A stretch of DNA of 64,000 bases from Lytechinus pictus (Eukaryota): positions 25,298,001 through 25,362,000 of the forward strand of contig NC_087245.1 of assembly GCF_037042905.1 (NCBI RefSeq), in the 5' to 3' direction. Position 1 is the stretch's first letter; each line of letters opens with the position of its first letter. Shown here in pieces: positions 63,226 through 64,000 of this stretch. The notes beneath the pieces were generated by a model. It worked only from the letters and a program-made list of their open reading frames with translations. It was not told where the DNA came from and did no database searches. Made by a program: the position numbers and the translations under genes.

Positions 63226-63399
63226 CAATATAGGATATAAAAACAAGTCTTTTAGTGTAAAACATTGCAATAAGTTATTTGATTACTACTTTGTGAATAT
63301 ATTAGCAAGAGCTTTGTGATGTTATTGTTTCCAAGAAAATTATTTATTGAGTTGTAGTTATGTACCATCTCTATTCATTTTCCTTTCTTTCAAATTCAG

Positions 63400-63561
63400 C
63401 TCTCTATGCCTTAGACAACCACTATGAGATATACCTCTGGCAAGGTTGGTGGCCCGCTGATCACGAGTCGGCCTCAGGGACGACCAAGACCGGCTCAGCA
63501 AAGATCAGATGGGACATAGACAGGAAGCTCGCAATGGAGACGATCATGGCCTACTGCAAAG
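63400..63561 (+). CDS. SVIL: Supervillin exon ([19 protein letters not shown]...[24 protein letters not shown])
   Basis: TTCAG acceptor, AAG|GTGTGT donor, phase 1-1. Confidence 0.95.
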
Positions 63562-63782
63562 GTGTGTAGATTCCAAATGATTGTACTACCATATTTGAAA
63601 TAAAAAGTGTACACATCGCTCCAGAAATTCCGTGAGTTCTGCAGAATCAATGTTTAGTATTTTTTATAGTATTTACTGATATTTTATAGTGCTGGTGTGT
63701 ACAGTGTGTATTTGAAAAGCTGTCCTTATTATGTTCTGAATGTGAAGGTTTTTTTTAATCGATTTTCTTATTCTTATTGCAG

Positions 63783-63904
63783 AAAAGAGGCCGAAAAACC
63801 CACCCAAGGCTTACCTGGTGTATGCGGGGCTTGAACCTCTAACTTTCACAAACCTGTTTCCTTACTGGGAAGTCAGAGAAGATGTCATGAAACTCAACAA
63901 AGAG
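63783..63904 (+). CDS. SVIL: Supervillin exon ([41 protein letters not shown])
   Basis: TTGCAG acceptor, GAG|GTAGGT donor, phase 1-0. Confidence 0.95.
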
Positions 63905-64000
63905 GTAGGTTCAATGCATTATGTAATCTTCCAGTGTCGGATCTAGACGGGGGCACAAGGGACGAGCACCCCTTTATTTTTTCTGAGACTTGAACATGCA

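Larger units (their letters stand above)
1..63904 (+). other. SVIL: Supervillin gene (partial; 22 coding exons in window, both ends outside)
   Basis: The spliced exon chain keeps phase throughout. It encodes supervillin hallmarks: RFxTQP[VI]T, SIKDRL..L...[111 protein letters not shown]. Family similarity is recognised from memory, not from a database search. Confidence 0.96.

Noticed and set aside
52192..63319. Poly-His, poly-Asp/Gly and poly-Met/Val ORFs
   Set aside because: These are translations of GAT/GGT microsatellites within introns.

Overview
This is AT-rich eukaryotic (metazoan) genomic DNA. The repeat landscape suggests a sea urchin or other invertebrate deuterostome, which is an inference. 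The whole window lies inside one + strand gene, supervillin (SVIL; villin/gelsolin family). I traced 22 coding exons by GT-AG sites and unbroken codon phase from 1 to 63904. The start codon and the villin headpiece exons lie outside the window. One intron is very large (2848-41753, about 38.9 kb). The introns hold many non-autonomous DNA transposons with readable TIRs and TSDs (Kolobok-like TTAA, PIF/Harbinger-like 3-bp, a 6-bp family, an 8-bp family), a tRNA-derived SINE, a 2.3-kb higher-order minisatellite and GAT/GGT microsatellites. The most striking non-gene feature is a 2.9-kb CAC...GTG element (16199-19084) with a 4-bp TSD. Its ends are bipartite and asymmetric (heptamer + 27 or 39 bp spacer + GCCAT[C/A]TTG), resembling RAG-like/ProtoRAG ends. 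Candidate 9-nt and 39-nt microexons and alternative first/last exons are also flagged. Most entries in the ORF track are spurious intronic ORFs.
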